A stretch of 64,000 bases of DNA. Source: Betaproteobacteria bacterium. Lineage in GTDB: Bacteria; Pseudomonadota; Gammaproteobacteria; Burkholderiales; Casimicrobiaceae. Both the position numbers and the translations under genes were made by a program. The notes beneath the pieces were generated by a model. The model made no database searches and was not told the origin of the DNA. It was given only the letters and a program-made list of their open reading frames with translations. Each line of letters begins with the position of its first letter. The stretch's first letter is position 1. Shown here one piece after another: positions 21,583 through 32,498 of this stretch. The stretch is from NCBI GenBank assembly GCA_005882995.1, contig VBCY01000075.1, forward strand, positions 4,734 to 68,733, read 5' to 3'.

Positions 21583-22481
21583 GGCAGGATCAGACGCGCC
21601 ACACTGTGTCGCGTATACGGCGCGAGATCGATCGCTTTGCCGAGATAGACGACGCGCACCATGTGAGCGTTGCCGAGCGTCAGGTCGAACGGCGCCGTAC
21701 CGCGAACCGACTCCACCGAGTCTGCGGTGACTAAGCGCGAGACAAGCAATTGACCGTCGCGGTCGCGGATCTCCGTCCACGACGGGCCGGCATAGGTCAC
21801 CACCAAGGGGGCATCGCCAGGCGTGGCAGTGGCCGACTCTGGCGACTCCCTCCCCGACGCAACGACGTTTGCGGCGTTCGCCTGTGTGGTGTCTGGCGCT
21901 GCGGGCTGCGCGGGCGTCAGCGCTGCGCCACTGTTTGCCAGTGGATTCGGAAGCGTCGATACCGCAACCGCGGCGACTTTGCGCGGCTCGCCTGTGGCGA
22001 CTCGTTGCGGCTCACGCAAGCTGACGAAGCCTCCGCGGTACCACTCGTAGCCCACGGCACCGACGATGCACGCAATCAGGACCAATGGAATGAGCCATCG
22101 CGCCACACCGGCCCGGGCAGGCTGCACCGTGGGTAGTTCTGCCATGATCGTGGCGGTGGAACGCAGCGACGAGGCCTGCAACGGTGCCTGCACGGTTTCC
22201 GGGAGCTGGGCGAGAAGCTCATCCGCTTCGAGATTGAGCAGCCTCGCATAGTTGCGCACAAAACCGCGGCTGAAGGTCCTGCCAGGTAACTGGTCGAAAC
22301 TCTCGTCCTCGAGCGCCTTCACTTGTCGTGGCGCAAGCTTGAGCTGCTGCGCTACCTGATCCAGAGAAAGACCCGCCGCCTCTCGCGCTGCCTTCAGCCG
22401 ATCGCCGGCTCGCATCGTATCGAGCGCCCGCAACGATGTCGCGTCGCCCGTGCGTGAAAATGGCTGCTCGGCAGAGCTCAT
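21579..22481 (-). CDS. rodZ: RodZ-like cytoskeletal protein (HTH plus DUF4115)
   Basis: XRE-type HTH ([22 protein letters not shown]), a TM, a low-complexity linker and a C-terminal DUF4115-like domain. ATG 22481 overlaps the pilW stop (ATGA). Confidence 0.8.
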   Translation of the reverse strand: MSSAEQPFSRTGDATSLRALDTMRAGDRLKAAREAAGLSLDQVAQQLKLAPRQVKALEDESFDQLPGRTFSRGFVRNYARLLNLEADELLAQLPETVQAPLQASSLRSTATIMAELPTVQPARAGVARWLIPLVLIACIVGAVGYEWYRGGFVSLREPQRVATGEPRKVAAVAVSTLPNPLANSGAALTPAQPAAPDTTQANAANVVASGRESPESATATPGDAPLVVTYAGPSWTEIRDRDGQLLVSRLVTADSVESVRGTAPFDLTLGNAHMVRVVYLGKAIDLAPYTRHSVARLILP

Positions 22482-23284
22482 TCGCAACCTCCGTCTGGCC
22501 GGACTGCCTTGGTCTCCGAAGCATCGGGATAGCGATTACGCAATTGCGACACGTACGATAGCTCCGCCTGGCTGTCCCGCAGTTTCCGTTCGACGCACAT
22601 GCCGAGGTAAAGGGCTTCCGGCGGCGGATTGGTCGTCTGCATCACGCCCTTCATCAAGGTACGAGCCTCATCGTAACGGCCCTCCTTGTAGGCGATCAGC
22701 GCGAGGCCATAGCTTGCGAGGGCATTGGCTGGTTGCAGCGCAAGCGCGCGGCGAAAGTAAGCGTCCGCCACGCGAGTGTCGCCAATCGACATGGCGCAAC
22801 GCCCGGCGTTCACCAGCGCCACTTCCGGCGATCGGTAGAGCGGATTTCGGACCGCGAGCTCGAACTGACCCAGCGCTTCCCGCTCGCGCTTATGCTGGCA
22901 CAGATACCATCCCCAATTATGATGAGTCTCCGAATCGTTGGGGGCAAGCTGCAACGCGTGCTCGAAGTTCTGCTCGGCGTTGCGGTCTTCGCCCAGCACC
23001 GCGTACACCAGCCCGTAGATGTTGTAGGTCTGCGCGTAGTTGGGGTCAAGACTGACCGAGATCTTCAGTTCGTCGATAGCGACGTCCATCTGTCCCCGTT
23101 CGTAATAGCCCGCCGCCAGCTCGGTGTGCAGCCGCGCCCTGTCATGAGGGCTCGTCTGCTGTGGTTGCGGCGGAGCGCTTCGCGGTTGCACCGGCGCCTG
23201 CGCCTGCTCCGGAGACGTCGGCTTGTTGGCGCAACCGGTGACCATAAAGAGCGCGAGTACGGTGATGAGCGAGCGAAGGAGCAT
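22478..23284 (-). CDS. pilW: type IV pilus biogenesis/stability TPR lipoprotein PilW (PilF)
   Basis: ATG at 23284: MLLRSLITVLALFMVTGCANK (lipobox), then TPR repeats. Conserved slot between rlmN and rodZ. Confidence 0.7.
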   Translation of the reverse strand: MLLRSLITVLALFMVTGCANKPTSPEQAQAPVQPRSAPPQPQQTSPHDRARLHTELAAGYYERGQMDVAIDELKISVSLDPNYAQTYNIYGLVYAVLGEDRNAEQNFEHALQLAPNDSETHHNWGWYLCQHKREREALGQFELAVRNPLYRSPEVALVNAGRCAMSIGDTRVADAYFRRALALQPANALASYGLALIAYKEGRYDEARTLMKGVMQTTNPPPEALYLGMCVERKLRDSQAELSYVSQLRNRYPDASETKAVRPDGGCE

Positions 23285-23285
23285 G

Positions 23286-24530
23286 TCAGTGCGCCGGCAC
23301 GCGGTCGATTTTGACCAGCGTGCGGCGTGTCCTGTCCTGCACCCTGCCGGCAAGCTGGCCGCAGGCGGCGTCAATGTCGTCGCCGCGGGTCTTGCGCACG
23401 GTGGCGACCAGCCCCGCATCCTGAAGCGTCCTCTGAAAGGCGACGATGCGATTGCGCGAGCTGGTACGGAATTCGGTATTGGGGAACGGATTGAACGGAA
23501 TCAAATTGAATTTGCAGGGCACTTCTCGCACCAGCGCGCAGAGCTCCCTTGCCTGATCCGACGAATCGTTGACGTGGTCGAGCATCACGTATTCGAAAGT
23601 CACGAAGTCGCGCGGCGCCTTTTCGATGTAACGCAGACACGCGGCGAGCAGCTCCTTAAGCGGATACTTGCGGTTGATCGGCACAAGCGCGTCGCGCAGA
23701 GCGTCATTGGGCGCGTGCAGGCTCACCGCGAGCGCTACCGGACAAGCGTCCCCCAGCCGATCCATGGCGGGCACCAGTCCCGATGTCGATAGCGTCACCC
23801 GGCGTCGCGACAACCCGTAAGCGTCGTCATCGAGCATGATGCGCATCGCCGTTACGACATTGTCGAAGTTGGCAAGCGGCTCGCCCATGCCCATCATCAC
23901 CACGTTGGTGATCGGATGCCGGCCCTGCTCCATCCAAGGCTTCGAGACCCCGTCCGCGAGCAGGCAGCGATTGGCATGCCAGAGCTGCCCGATGATTTCG
24001 GAAACGCTCAAGTTGCGGTTGAAGCCTTGCTTGCCGGTCGAGCAGAAGGCGCAGTCGAGCGCACAGCCCGCCTGCGAAGACACGCACAGGGTCCCCCGGT
24101 AGCGCCCCGGACCGTGGGCCAAGGGACCCGCAGAGCGGAATCGGCCAGCGGAGGGGATGCTGGCGACTGCGCTCGGGGCGCTCGCATCCCGCTCAGAGAT
24201 CGCCCCCCCTTCGGGGGCCCCACTCCACTCTTCGCGGTCGCCCTCCGGGATATACACCGCCTCGATGGCGTTGGCGCCGCCCACATCGAGCAACCATTTG
24301 CGAGTTCCGTCGCTCGCCGTTGAATCGCGCAGGACTGCGGGCGGGCAAATCTCGGCGTCGCAGGCGAGCGCTTCCCGAGTCGCCCTGGCCAGATCGGTCA
24401 TTGCTTCCACGCGATCGACCAGCCGGCGATGAATCCAGCGCATCGTTTGCCGGGCGCGAAATCGCTTCTCGCCACGTGCGGCGAACCAATCGCTTAAAGC
24501 GGCTTCGTCAAAGTCGAGTAGATTGATCAT
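23286..24530 (-). CDS. rlmN: 23S rRNA/tRNA m2A methyltransferase RlmN (radical SAM)
   Basis: RF.ARQ..W.., [18 protein letters not shown] (CxxxCxxC), GMGEPL and a C-terminal Cys. It contains a 46-aa insertion (24096-24233) just before the radical SAM motif. Confidence 0.93.
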   Translation of the reverse strand: MINLLDFDEAALSDWFAARGEKRFRARQTMRWIHRRLVDRVEAMTDLARATREALACDAEICPPAVLRDSTASDGTRKWLLDVGGANAIEAVYIPEGDREEWSGAPEGGAISERDASAPSAVASIPSAGRFRSAGPLAHGPGRYRGTLCVSSQAGCALDCAFCSTGKQGFNRNLSVSEIIGQLWHANRCLLADGVSKPWMEQGRHPITNVVMMGMGEPLANFDNVVTAMRIMLDDDAYGLSRRRVTLSTSGLVPAMDRLGDACPVALAVSLHAPNDALRDALVPINRKYPLKELLAACLRYIEKAPRDFVTFEYVMLDHVNDSSDQARELCALVREVPCKFNLIPFNPFPNTEFRTSSRNRIVAFQRTLQDAGLVATVRKTRGDDIDAACGQLAGRVQDRTRRTLVKIDRVPAH

Positions 24531-24609
24531 TTTGCAGCACAGAGGACACGGCCGAGATCACCCTTGCTGGCCACTGGAAGGGTGTGCGATCCATGAACCG
24601 ATTTTTGCA

Positions 24610-25035
24610 TCACCTGCTGTGAATATCCAGCGTGGGAAAGAAATACGCGATCTCGGTGCGCGCGGTATCGGACGCGTCTGAACCATGCACTGCGTTGGCA
24701 TCGATCGACTCTGCGAAATCCGCGCGGATCGTTCCAGGGGCAGCCTGCTTCGGGTCCGTCGCGCCCATCAGGTCACGGTTCTTGGCGATCGCATTTTCGC
24801 CCTCGAGCACCTGAATCATGACCGGCCCTGAGGTCATGAATTCAACCAGGCTCTTGAAGAATGGCCGCTCGCGGTGAACCGCGTAGAAGCCCTCAGCATC
24901 CGGGCGGGCGAGCCAGGTCATTTTGGCGGCTACAACCCTCAAGCCCGCACGCTCGAAGCGCGAGTAGATCTCGCCGATGACGTTCTTGGCGACGGCGTCC
25001 GGTTTGATGATTGAAAGCGTGCGTTCGACCGCCAT
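24610..25035 (-). CDS. ndk: nucleoside-diphosphate kinase
   Basis: ATG at 25035: [28 protein letters not shown]...NAVHGSDA (active-site His). 141 aa. Confidence 0.97.
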   Translation of the reverse strand: MAVERTLSIIKPDAVAKNVIGEIYSRFERAGLRVVAAKMTWLARPDAEGFYAVHRERPFFKSLVEFMTSGPVMIQVLEGENAIAKNRDLMGATDPKQAAPGTIRADFAESIDANAVHGSDASDTARTEIAYFFPTLDIHSR

Positions 25036-25078
25036 GCGTGGGCTCTGCCTTGAGGCAATAAATGCTAGAAAATTCATG

Positions 25079-25087
25079 ATTGTATCA
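25079..25087 (-). promoter_or_regulatory. extended -10 element (TGATACAAT) upstream of ndk
   Basis: The - strand reads TGaTACAAT about 44 nt upstream of the ndk ATG. No good -35 was found. Weak evidence only. Confidence 0.25.
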
Positions 25088-25236
25088 TGACAGCCGCGGA
25101 CCCTGTGCGGCATGGGACATGGCCACGTGACGACCACGACCCACGGGTCGTCGGGTCAGGCGCGATTGGCCGGCAGCGTGATCGCGCGCCGGGAAAGTCG
25201 CCAGCCGTACCCCTCGGGACACGTCCCGACCTGCCG

Positions 25237-26634
25237 CTACATCATGCCGAGCGCCTTGGGAAGCGCTATCGATAGCGTCGGCCAGTAGGTCACGATCACC
25301 AGAAAGACGAGCATGGTCAGAAGCCACGGCCAGACCGCGACGGTGAGCTCGGTGATGCCCATCTTGGTAATGCCCGAGGCCACGTAGAGGTTGAGGCCCA
25401 CCGGAGGGTGGCACATCCCGACCTCCATGTTCACCGTCATCATGATACCGAAGTGCACCGGATCGATGCCGAGCTTGAGCGCAACGGGGAAAAGGATCGG
25501 CGCCATGATCAGCACGATGGAGGAGGGCTCCATCACGTTGCCGGCGAGCAGCAGGATGATGTTCACGAACAGCAGGAAAGCGACGACTCCCAGACCCTTG
25601 CTCAACATCCACGCAGCGAGCTCCTGCGGAATACTCTCCGACGTCATCAGATAGCTGAACATCACGGCGTTGGTGATGATGTAGAGCAGCATCGCGCTCA
25701 TGTTGGCGGAGTCGAGCAGCACCTTCGGTACTTTCGACAGCGGCATGTCCCTGTAGACGAACACCGCGACGAAGAACGCGTACACCGCGCTCATCGCGGC
25801 GGCCTCGGTGGGAGTGAAGATGCCGGTATAGATGCCGCCGATTACCACGATGATCAGGAACAACCCCCAGATGCTCTGGCGGAAGGTGCGCCAGCGTTCG
25901 CCCCAACTCGCGGCCGGCTGCCGCGGATAGTTGTTGTTGCGCGCGCGCCACCAGGTGGTGAGGCCGAGCATCGTGGCGAGAACGAGCCCGGGGACAATCC
26001 CGGCGATGAACAGTGCGCCGACTGAAGTGTTGGTAGCGACGGCGTACATCACCATCACGATCGATGGCGGAATGAGGATGCCCAGCGCACCCGAAGTCGT
26101 GATGACGCCGGCGCCAAAGCGCTTGGGGAAGCCCTGCGCCACCATTGCGGGAAGAATGATCGACCCGATGGCAACGACCGTGGCGGGAGAAGAACCGGAC
26201 ACTGCGGCGAACAGCGCACACGCCATCACTCCCGCCAGGGCAAGCCCGCCGTGCCAGTGACCCACACAGGCGGAGGCAAAGTCGATCATGCGCCTGGCGA
26301 CGCCGCCATGCGTCAGGAAATTGCCGGCCAGGATGAAAAAGGGGATCGCCATGATCTCGAACTTCTCGATCCCGGTGAAGAGCTTCAGCGCCACCGATTC
26401 GATGGGAACGCTGGTCATCGTGAACAGATAAGTGAGCACGGTGAGCCCCAGCGAAATCGAGATCGGCATGCCGGTGAGCATCAAGCCGAACAGCAGCGCA
26501 AAGATGATCCAGGCGTTGGCGATCGGCAGTCCCACTAGCTTGATCGCCACCGGCAGGCCGATGATCGCGATCGGCAGCACCCCCGGCCACCGATAGGTCT
26601 TTACCGTGCCATTCATCGGCAGCGTCGCGCTCAT
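25237..26634 (-). CDS. dctM: TRAP transporter large permease DctM
   Basis: Polytopic hydrophobic protein with a DctM-like sequence. ATGA overlap with the dctQ stop. It has about 35 extra N-terminal residues versus typical DctM, and GTG alternatives exist at 26550 and 26535. Confidence 0.9.
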   Translation of the reverse strand: MSATLPMNGTVKTYRWPGVLPIAIIGLPVAIKLVGLPIANAWIIFALLFGLMLTGMPISISLGLTVLTYLFTMTSVPIESVALKLFTGIEKFEIMAIPFFILAGNFLTHGGVARRMIDFASACVGHWHGGLALAGVMACALFAAVSGSSPATVVAIGSIILPAMVAQGFPKRFGAGVITTSGALGILIPPSIVMVMYAVATNTSVGALFIAGIVPGLVLATMLGLTTWWRARNNNYPRQPAASWGERWRTFRQSIWGLFLIIVVIGGIYTGIFTPTEAAAMSAVYAFFVAVFVYRDMPLSKVPKVLLDSANMSAMLLYIITNAVMFSYLMTSESIPQELAAWMLSKGLGVVAFLLFVNIILLLAGNVMEPSSIVLIMAPILFPVALKLGIDPVHFGIMMTVNMEVGMCHPPVGLNLYVASGITKMGITELTVAVWPWLLTMLVFLVIVTYWPTLSIALPKALGMM

Positions 26635-27242
26635 GAGCGACCTCCCGGGCGCACATCGGCAGGATGCAGGTTATCCGGCAGCGCGTAGGGATTTATTTCG
26701 GTCGCCTGTTCTACGCCTTCGACGTGCGCGACATCGTGGTGCGGCAATTGTCCGGTTCTCTGGAACGACCACGCGACCTGCAGAAAACGGAAGCACATCA
26801 GATAGGAGCCGAGCGGGATGCACAGATAGACGATCCACTTCGGAATCTCGAGGTCGGGGGACGTCGAATTCGTATGTGCGATTTGCCATACGAATGTCGA
26901 TCCCAGTGTGCCGACGATGCCGGTGAAAAGCGCTCCAGCGAGCAACCCGAAGAGCACGTAAGCCTTGTGCGCTGCAGGAGGCAGGCGATTGATCATCACG
27001 TCGACGCCAACGTGGATCCCGGTACGTACGCCGTAGGCGGCGCCGAACTTCGCCATCCATACGAACATGTAGATGCATAGCTCCTGCGCCCACGAAAGAT
27101 CGATGCTCAGAAGCCAGTCCTGAACAACGGGGATGGGCGTGCCGGCGGCGTAGCGGTGCACCACGGCGACGAAGATGAGCAGCGTGGCTGCGCCCATCAG
27201 AAACGCAATCAGCCACTCCTCGAGATGGTCGAGAATCTTCAC
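26631..27242 (-). CDS. dctQ: TRAP transporter small permease DctQ
   Basis: About 200 aa with 4 predicted TM helices, located between dctP and dctM. GTG start. Confidence 0.85.
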   Translation of the reverse strand: MKILDHLEEWLIAFLMGAATLLIFVAVVHRYAAGTPIPVVQDWLLSIDLSWAQELCIYMFVWMAKFGAAYGVRTGIHVGVDVMINRLPPAAHKAYVLFGLLAGALFTGIVGTLGSTFVWQIAHTNSTSPDLEIPKWIVYLCIPLGSYLMCFRFLQVAWSFQRTGQLPHHDVAHVEGVEQATEINPYALPDNLHPADVRPGGRS

Positions 27243-27268
27243 CGGAGGCCAGTCGCGGAGTCTTTCGC

Positions 27269-28270
27269 TCAGGGCTTGAAATCCGTCGCTTTGTACACTT
27301 CCGCGATGATGTCCTTGCCGATGCGCGACTCGTTCTCCTTGTGGACCGGCAGGAGCACCTTCTTGAGCTGGTTCTTCTCATCCGCGCTGAGTGTCAGGAT
27401 CTGCGTCTTGCCGCTCTTGCGCACCGCCTCGAGAGCGTCGTCGTTTTCCTTCTTGGCGATGTCGTTGGCGTATTTGGTCGCATCTTTCATCGCGCCTTCG
27501 AGAGTCGTGCGCACGTCGGCAGGAAGACCGTCCCAGAACTTCTTGTTGACGATCACCGCGTATTCAATGACGCCATGGTCGGTCAGCGCCAGGTACTTCT
27601 GCACTTCATTCATCTTCTGGGTGTAGAAGTTTGACGGTGGATTCTCGGTGCCATCGACCACGCCGGTCTGCAACGCCTGATAGACCTCGGAGAACGCCAT
27701 CACCTGCGGGATCGCGCCCAGCGCCTTGATTTCATCTCCGAGCACCTTGGACGACTGTATCCGCATCTTGAGTCCCTTGTAGTCCGCAGGAAGCTTGATC
27801 GAGCGGTTCGCACTGAAGTCCTTGAAACCGTTGTCCCAGAATGCAAGCCCGGTTACCCCCTTGCTCTCCAGCTTCTGGAAAAGCAGCTTGCCCACATTGC
27901 CTTCCGTGACCTTATGCAATTCGGCAAAGGTGTCGAAGATGTACGGCAGGTCGAAGACTTCGAACTCGCGCACGCCGAGCGGGCCGAACTTGGCAACGGA
28001 GGGAGCGAGCATCTGCACCGAACCGAGCTGCAGCGCTTCCATCTCCTCGCCATCCTTGAACAGCGAGCTGTTCGGATAGACCTCCACCTTGACCCGCCCC
28101 TTGGTGCGCCCTTCCGCCAGTTTCTTGAAGTACTCGGCACCCTTTCCCTTGGGCGTATCGACTGCGACAACGTGACTGAACTTGATGACGATCGGTTGTT
28201 GCGCGAGGGCGGTTCCCGCGAGCGCGAGCAATCCTGCCGCGGCCAGCGCGACAGCAGTATGTAGTCTCAT
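27269..28270 (-). CDS. dctP: TRAP transporter substrate-binding protein DctP (C4-dicarboxylate type)
   Basis: Signal peptide ending ALAQQ, then IKFSHVVAVDTPKGKGAEYF...FEVFDLPYIF, typical of the DctP family. Confidence 0.9.
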   Translation of the reverse strand: MRLHTAVALAAAGLLALAGTALAQQPIVIKFSHVVAVDTPKGKGAEYFKKLAEGRTKGRVKVEVYPNSSLFKDGEEMEALQLGSVQMLAPSVAKFGPLGVREFEVFDLPYIFDTFAELHKVTEGNVGKLLFQKLESKGVTGLAFWDNGFKDFSANRSIKLPADYKGLKMRIQSSKVLGDEIKALGAIPQVMAFSEVYQALQTGVVDGTENPPSNFYTQKMNEVQKYLALTDHGVIEYAVIVNKKFWDGLPADVRTTLEGAMKDATKYANDIAKKENDDALEAVRKSGKTQILTLSADEKNQLKKVLLPVHKENESRIGKDIIAEVYKATDFKP

Positions 28271-28298
28271 CGATACCTCCGGGTGATGGATGAAGCTA

Positions 28299-28338
28299 GG
28301 AGTCTGTCGGCGTTACTAAGAGCAAGCCCGACACGCTC
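28299..28338. repeat. termini-only derivative of the MITE (about 40 bp)
   Basis: GGAGTCTGTCGGCGTTACT matches the first 19 nt of the left TIR. AGAGCAAGCCCGACACGCTC matches the last 20 nt or so of the right TIR. It lies between the tilS stop and the dctP start. The upstream flank GAAGCTA also resembles the copy A flank GAAGCCTA. Confidence 0.6.
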
Positions 28339-28386
28339 TTTGAATTATCCGGCCATTTAGCCTTGGGTTCTTGAGCCTTGTCAATT

Positions 28387-29751
28387 CTACGTCCCGGACA
28401 CCTGTTGCGATCCTTCAGGCAGCCAATCGACGCACCAGCCCGGTTCCTCCGGCGCCGTCTGGAATGCCGCGGCCACGCCGATGCCCGGAACGGCCGCCAA
28501 CTCATCGCCGCACCATACAAGGGGAACCATCGCGCGATTCCAGGGTGGCACGCTTGCTTCCTGCAACCAGCGCTTGAGCGCGCGCCGCGGGCGGTTTGAG
28601 GCGATCTGGATTCTCTCGCCGCCCACCCGTGAACGAAGCGTAACCCTCGCCCGGGCGAGTTTTTGAACCGATACGCCGGCGCCTCGCGCGTCGCGGAACA
28701 TCACTACACCACCGGGCAACGTCACCTCGGGCTCGCCGTTCCAGACGAGACAGAACGGACCTCGAGGAGCGGCGTGCACGGCGATGCGATCGTGATGGCA
28801 TCCAATTTCGACACCGTCGTGCGCGAATCGCATGCGTGAGTCGGGCAGCGCATGGGTGAGTTGCCGCAGCATTTCTGCGAGCCGAGATTGCGAAGGTGGC
28901 CGCAAGCCCTCGCGCTGAAGGAACCATCGCATCAAATTGCGGGCGCGGGAGGGAGAGAGCGAATTGAGACGCGCAAGATCGAGGCCCATTGCATCACAGG
29001 CGCCTGCAGCATCCTGCATCGCCAGAGCGTCCACGAGCCCATTCGCCTCGGCCTGCAATTCCGCCACGCGAAGCATCGTTTCAGGGTAGCCGGGAAAATG
29101 CGTCCGCAGCAGCGGAACAATCTGGTGACGCAGCAAATTGCGCTTGTGACGCGGCTCGCGGTTGCTTTCATCGTCGATCCACGCCAGGCCTCGAGACTTC
29201 GCATATGCGCACAGCGTGGCTCGCCTCGACCCGAGGAGCGGACGAAGCCACGCAGGATTTCCGGGTCGGAATCGCGGCATTGCCGAAAGTCCGCGCGGCC
29301 CTGCTCCTCTCAGCATCTGCAACAGCACCGTTTCCGCCTGGTCATCGGCATGATGCGCTAGCGCAACGACATCCGCGCCGGACGCATTGAGACGGGCATA
29401 GCGCTCTGCGCGAGACTTTGCCTCGAGGCTCGCGGTCTTTCGCTCGAGCGTCAAGCGTTGAATGTCAAGCGGCACGCCGCGCGCCGCACATTGCGCCGCG
29501 CAGAAAACGCTCCAGTCTTCGGCGTGCGGCGAGAGACCGTGATTGACATGGATCGCCCGGAGCTCGAAGGGATGCGCTGCTGAGAGCCGCGACAGCGCGT
29601 CGAGCAGAACCATCGAATCAATCCCGCCCGACAGAGCGACCGACAGACGAGAGCCGGGAACGACAAATTCACGAACTGCGCTTTCGACAGAGGTGGCGAC
29701 CTCGGTCGGAGCAGCGTCATCAGCCGGTGGAGAGTTCCTTGTACTTGCCAT
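28387..29751 (-). CDS. tilS: tRNA(Ile)-lysidine synthase TilS
   Basis: PP-loop [11 protein letters not shown] followed by HVNHGL. Downstream of accA, overlapping it by 32 nt. Confidence 0.9.
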   Translation of the reverse strand: MASTRNSPPADDAAPTEVATSVESAVREFVVPGSRLSVALSGGIDSMVLLDALSRLSAAHPFELRAIHVNHGLSPHAEDWSVFCAAQCAARGVPLDIQRLTLERKTASLEAKSRAERYARLNASGADVVALAHHADDQAETVLLQMLRGAGPRGLSAMPRFRPGNPAWLRPLLGSRRATLCAYAKSRGLAWIDDESNREPRHKRNLLRHQIVPLLRTHFPGYPETMLRVAELQAEANGLVDALAMQDAAGACDAMGLDLARLNSLSPSRARNLMRWFLQREGLRPPSQSRLAEMLRQLTHALPDSRMRFAHDGVEIGCHHDRIAVHAAPRGPFCLVWNGEPEVTLPGGVVMFRDARGAGVSVQKLARARVTLRSRVGGERIQIASNRPRRALKRWLQEASVPPWNRAMVPLVWCGDELAAVPGIGVAAAFQTAPEEPGWCVDWLPEGSQQVSGT

Positions 29752-30688
29752 AGCCGAGCAGCTTGTCCTCGCGCGCCTCGAGCAGCGCGTCGAGCGGTCG
29801 CTCGTTGGCCTGGCGCAGCGCTTCCGTGAGCACCTTTTTCAGCGTCACCATCATCGCCGCGTGATCGCGATGTGCGCCGCCAAGCGGCTCGTTGACGACC
29901 TTGTCGATGAGTCCCAGGGTTTTCAGTCGCGGTGCGGTGATTGCCAGCGTTTCCGCGGCCTCTTCTGCATGCGACGCCGACTTCCACAGGATCGACGCGC
30001 AGCCCTCCGGCGAGATCACCGAATACGTCGCATACTGAAGCATGAGCGTGACGTCGCCGACGGCAATCCCCAATGCGCCGCCCGACCCTCCTTCGCCGAC
30101 GATAGTGACGATGACCGGAATGCGCAGGCCCGCCATTTCGTAGAGATTGCGTCCAATCGCTTCCGACTGACCTCGCTCCTCGGCACCGACGCCGGGGAAT
30201 GCGCCCGGCGTGTCGACGAAGGTGAAAAGCGGCAACGCAAACTTTTCGGCGAGCTTCATCAAGCGCAAAGCTTTGCGATAACCCTCGGGCCGGGGCATGC
30301 CGAAGTTGCGGTAGATCTTTTCCTTGGTGTCACGCCCTTTCTGGTGACCGATGACCATGCACGGCGCGCCGTTGAAACGGGCGAGGCCTCCGACGATCGC
30401 CGGATCGTCGGAGTAGCTTCGATCGCCGTGCAATTCGTGGAAATCGGTGAACATGCCCCCGATGTAATCGAGCGTGTACGGCCGTTGCGGATGGCGCGCC
30501 ACCTGCGCGATCTGCCACGCCGTCAGCTTGGAATAGATCTCCTTGGTGAGCTGCTGGCCCTTCTTCGCCAGACGATTGATCTCATCCGAGATGTCGACCG
30601 CCGAGTCTTCGTGCACATAGCGCAACTCGTCGATCTTGGCCTGCAGATCGGCGATGGGTTGCTCGAAGTCGAGAAAGGTTTGCTTCAT
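29720..30688 (-). CDS. accA: acetyl-CoA carboxylase carboxyltransferase subunit alpha
   Basis: [23 protein letters not shown]...[23 protein letters not shown]: AccA hallmark. Confidence 0.95.
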   Translation of the reverse strand: MKQTFLDFEQPIADLQAKIDELRYVHEDSAVDISDEINRLAKKGQQLTKEIYSKLTAWQIAQVARHPQRPYTLDYIGGMFTDFHELHGDRSYSDDPAIVGGLARFNGAPCMVIGHQKGRDTKEKIYRNFGMPRPEGYRKALRLMKLAEKFALPLFTFVDTPGAFPGVGAEERGQSEAIGRNLYEMAGLRIPVIVTIVGEGGSGGALGIAVGDVTLMLQYATYSVISPEGCASILWKSASHAEEAAETLAITAPRLKTLGLIDKVVNEPLGGAHRDHAAMMVTLKKVLTEALRQANERPLDALLEAREDKLLGYGKYKELSTG

Positions 30689-30806
30689 CTGGACGATCGA
30701 ATGTTAGATCGATGCGCAAATCGTTGTGCGGCGCTCCCGCGGCCCTTCGCGCTGTCTCATCCTAGAACAGCTCGCGATGGATCGCAAACCATTGGCCATC
30801 GGAAGC

Positions 30807-31277
30807 CTAAGCTTCACTGGGCGGGCGCAGCATGTCCAGGTGCACGATGCCGTCTTCCTGATACGGCTCGGATACAGCGCGAAAGCCCATGCCGCAGTAG
30901 AAGCGCTCGAGTCGCGCCTGCGCCGAAATGCGCACCGGGCGACCCGGATAACGCAGGGAAGCCTGCCGCAACGCCCGGTGCATTGCCTCACGACCAAGGC
31001 CGCAGTTGCGAAAAGCGGCCGTGGTCAAGACGCGCCCGATCGACGGCTCCGCGAACTTGCATCCGGGCTCGAGCAGTCGCAGATAGGCCGCCAGCACCTG
31101 CGGCTCATCGGCCCATCCCATGAGATGCCATGCATGCATATCGTAACCGTCCGCGTCGAGGAAGCTGCAGTTCTGCTCGATGACAAACACCTTCGAACGA
31201 GCGGCCAGCAGAGCGTAAAGCTCGTCAGCAGTGAGCTCTGAGAAGCGGCGCCACTGCCAGTCGACAGGCACTCGCAT
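30807..31277 (-). CDS. GNAT family N-acetyltransferase (ElaA-like)
   Basis: ATG 31277: MRVPVDWQWRRFSELTADELYALLAARSKVFVIEQNC aligns with the ElaA N-terminus. A TTG at 31292 is also possible. Confidence 0.8.
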   Translation of the reverse strand: MRVPVDWQWRRFSELTADELYALLAARSKVFVIEQNCSFLDADGYDMHAWHLMGWADEPQVLAAYLRLLEPGCKFAEPSIGRVLTTAAFRNCGLGREAMHRALRQASLRYPGRPVRISAQARLERFYCGMGFRAVSEPYQEDGIVHLDMLRPPSEA

Positions 31278-31324
31278 GCGAAGGACACCCAATCAGGTTG
31301 TGGTGAGGAGGCGTACGTTACACT

Positions 31325-32425
31325 ATGCGCATTCACGAAAAGCGGAGTGCTTGGGTGGCGAAAGCGCATCGCATCGCCGTCATCCCGGGTGACGGCATCG
31401 GCAAGGAGGTCGTTCCCGAAGGGCTTCGAGCTCTCGAGGCCGCCGGCCACAAATTCGGCATCGCGTTCCAATGGGACGAGTTTCCGTGGAGCTGCGACTA
31501 TTACGCCAAGCACGGGCGCATGATGCCCGAGGACTGGTTCGAGCTCATCCATCGCCACGAGGCAATCTTCTTCGGCGCGGTCGGGTGGCCGGCGAGCGTT
31601 CCCGATCATGTCTCGCTGTGGGGTTCGCTCATCCAGTGGCGGCGTCGCTTCGATCAGTACGTCAACATGCGCCCGTGCCGTTTGATGCCCGGGATACCTT
31701 CACCGCTTGCGAATCGAAAACCAGGCGACATCGATTTCGTCGTCATTCGCGAAAATACCGAGGGCGAGTATTCCTCGGTGGGAGGACGCATCTTCGAGGA
31801 CACCGACCGGGAGACGGTGTTTCAGGAAACCATCTTCACGCGCAAGGGAGTCGATCGCATCCTCAAGTTCGCGTTCGAGTTGGCGGCGACGAGGGCCTCG
31901 AAGCACGTCACTTCGGCGACCAAGTCGAACGGGATCTCGATTACGATGCCGTACTGGGACGAGCGCTTTCGAGCGATGGCCGCTCGATATCCCGCGATTC
32001 GCAGCGATCAATACCATATCGATATTCTAAGCGCCCACTTCGTGCAGCGCCCGGAACGCTTCGACGTTGTGGTTGGATCCAATTTGTTCGGCGACATCCT
32101 GTCAGACTTGGGGCCGGCGGTGTGCGGCACCATTGGCATTGCCCCGTCGGCAAACATCAATCCAGAACGTACGTTCCCGTCGACCTTCGAACCGGTACAT
32201 GGCTCGGCTCCGGACATTGCCGGAAAGGGAATCGCCAATCCGATCGGCCAGATCTGGTCAGGAGCGCTGATGCTCGAGCATCTCGGACATGCACAAGCTG
32301 GCGAGGCGGTGCTGAAGGCCATCGAAAACGTCCTGGCCGATGCCGAAGCGCCGAGAACGCCCGATCTGGGTGGCAAAGCGACGACCAGCGAGCTGGGGAA
32401 AGCGATCGCCGAGGCAATCGGCTAG
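31325..32425 (+). CDS. tartrate dehydrogenase/decarboxylase (D-malate dehydrogenase family)
   Basis: IAVIPGDGIGKEV...WDEFPWSCDYY...IRENTEGEYS...LFGDILSD: the isocitrate/isopropylmalate DH superfamily, TtuC-like subfamily. GTG 31355, with GGAG 7 nt upstream, is a likely alternative start. Confidence 0.85.
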   Translation: MRIHEKRSAWVAKAHRIAVIPGDGIGKEVVPEGLRALEAAGHKFGIAFQWDEFPWSCDYYAKHGRMMPEDWFELIHRHEAIFFGAVGWPASVPDHVSLWGSLIQWRRRFDQYVNMRPCRLMPGIPSPLANRKPGDIDFVVIRENTEGEYSSVGGRIFEDTDRETVFQETIFTRKGVDRILKFAFELAATRASKHVTSATKSNGISITMPYWDERFRAMAARYPAIRSDQYHIDILSAHFVQRPERFDVVVGSNLFGDILSDLGPAVCGTIGIAPSANINPERTFPSTFEPVHGSAPDIAGKGIANPIGQIWSGALMLEHLGHAQAGEAVLKAIENVLADAEAPRTPDLGGKATTSELGKAIAEAIG

Positions 32426-32498
32426 CGCTTTCGCCTGCATCCCGTTCAGGCGACTGTGGCAAGATAGCGGCCAAACCAAAAAAGAGAATCCTGGCACC

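Noticed and set aside
24559-24584. 7-bp hairpin CACCCTT-N12-AAGGGTG between ndk and rlmN, and small hairpins downstream of dctM (25140-25230).
   Set aside because: None has a U-tract on the transcribed strand. Stems are short and ndk-rlmN may be co-transcribed. The evidence is insufficient for a terminator or attenuator call.
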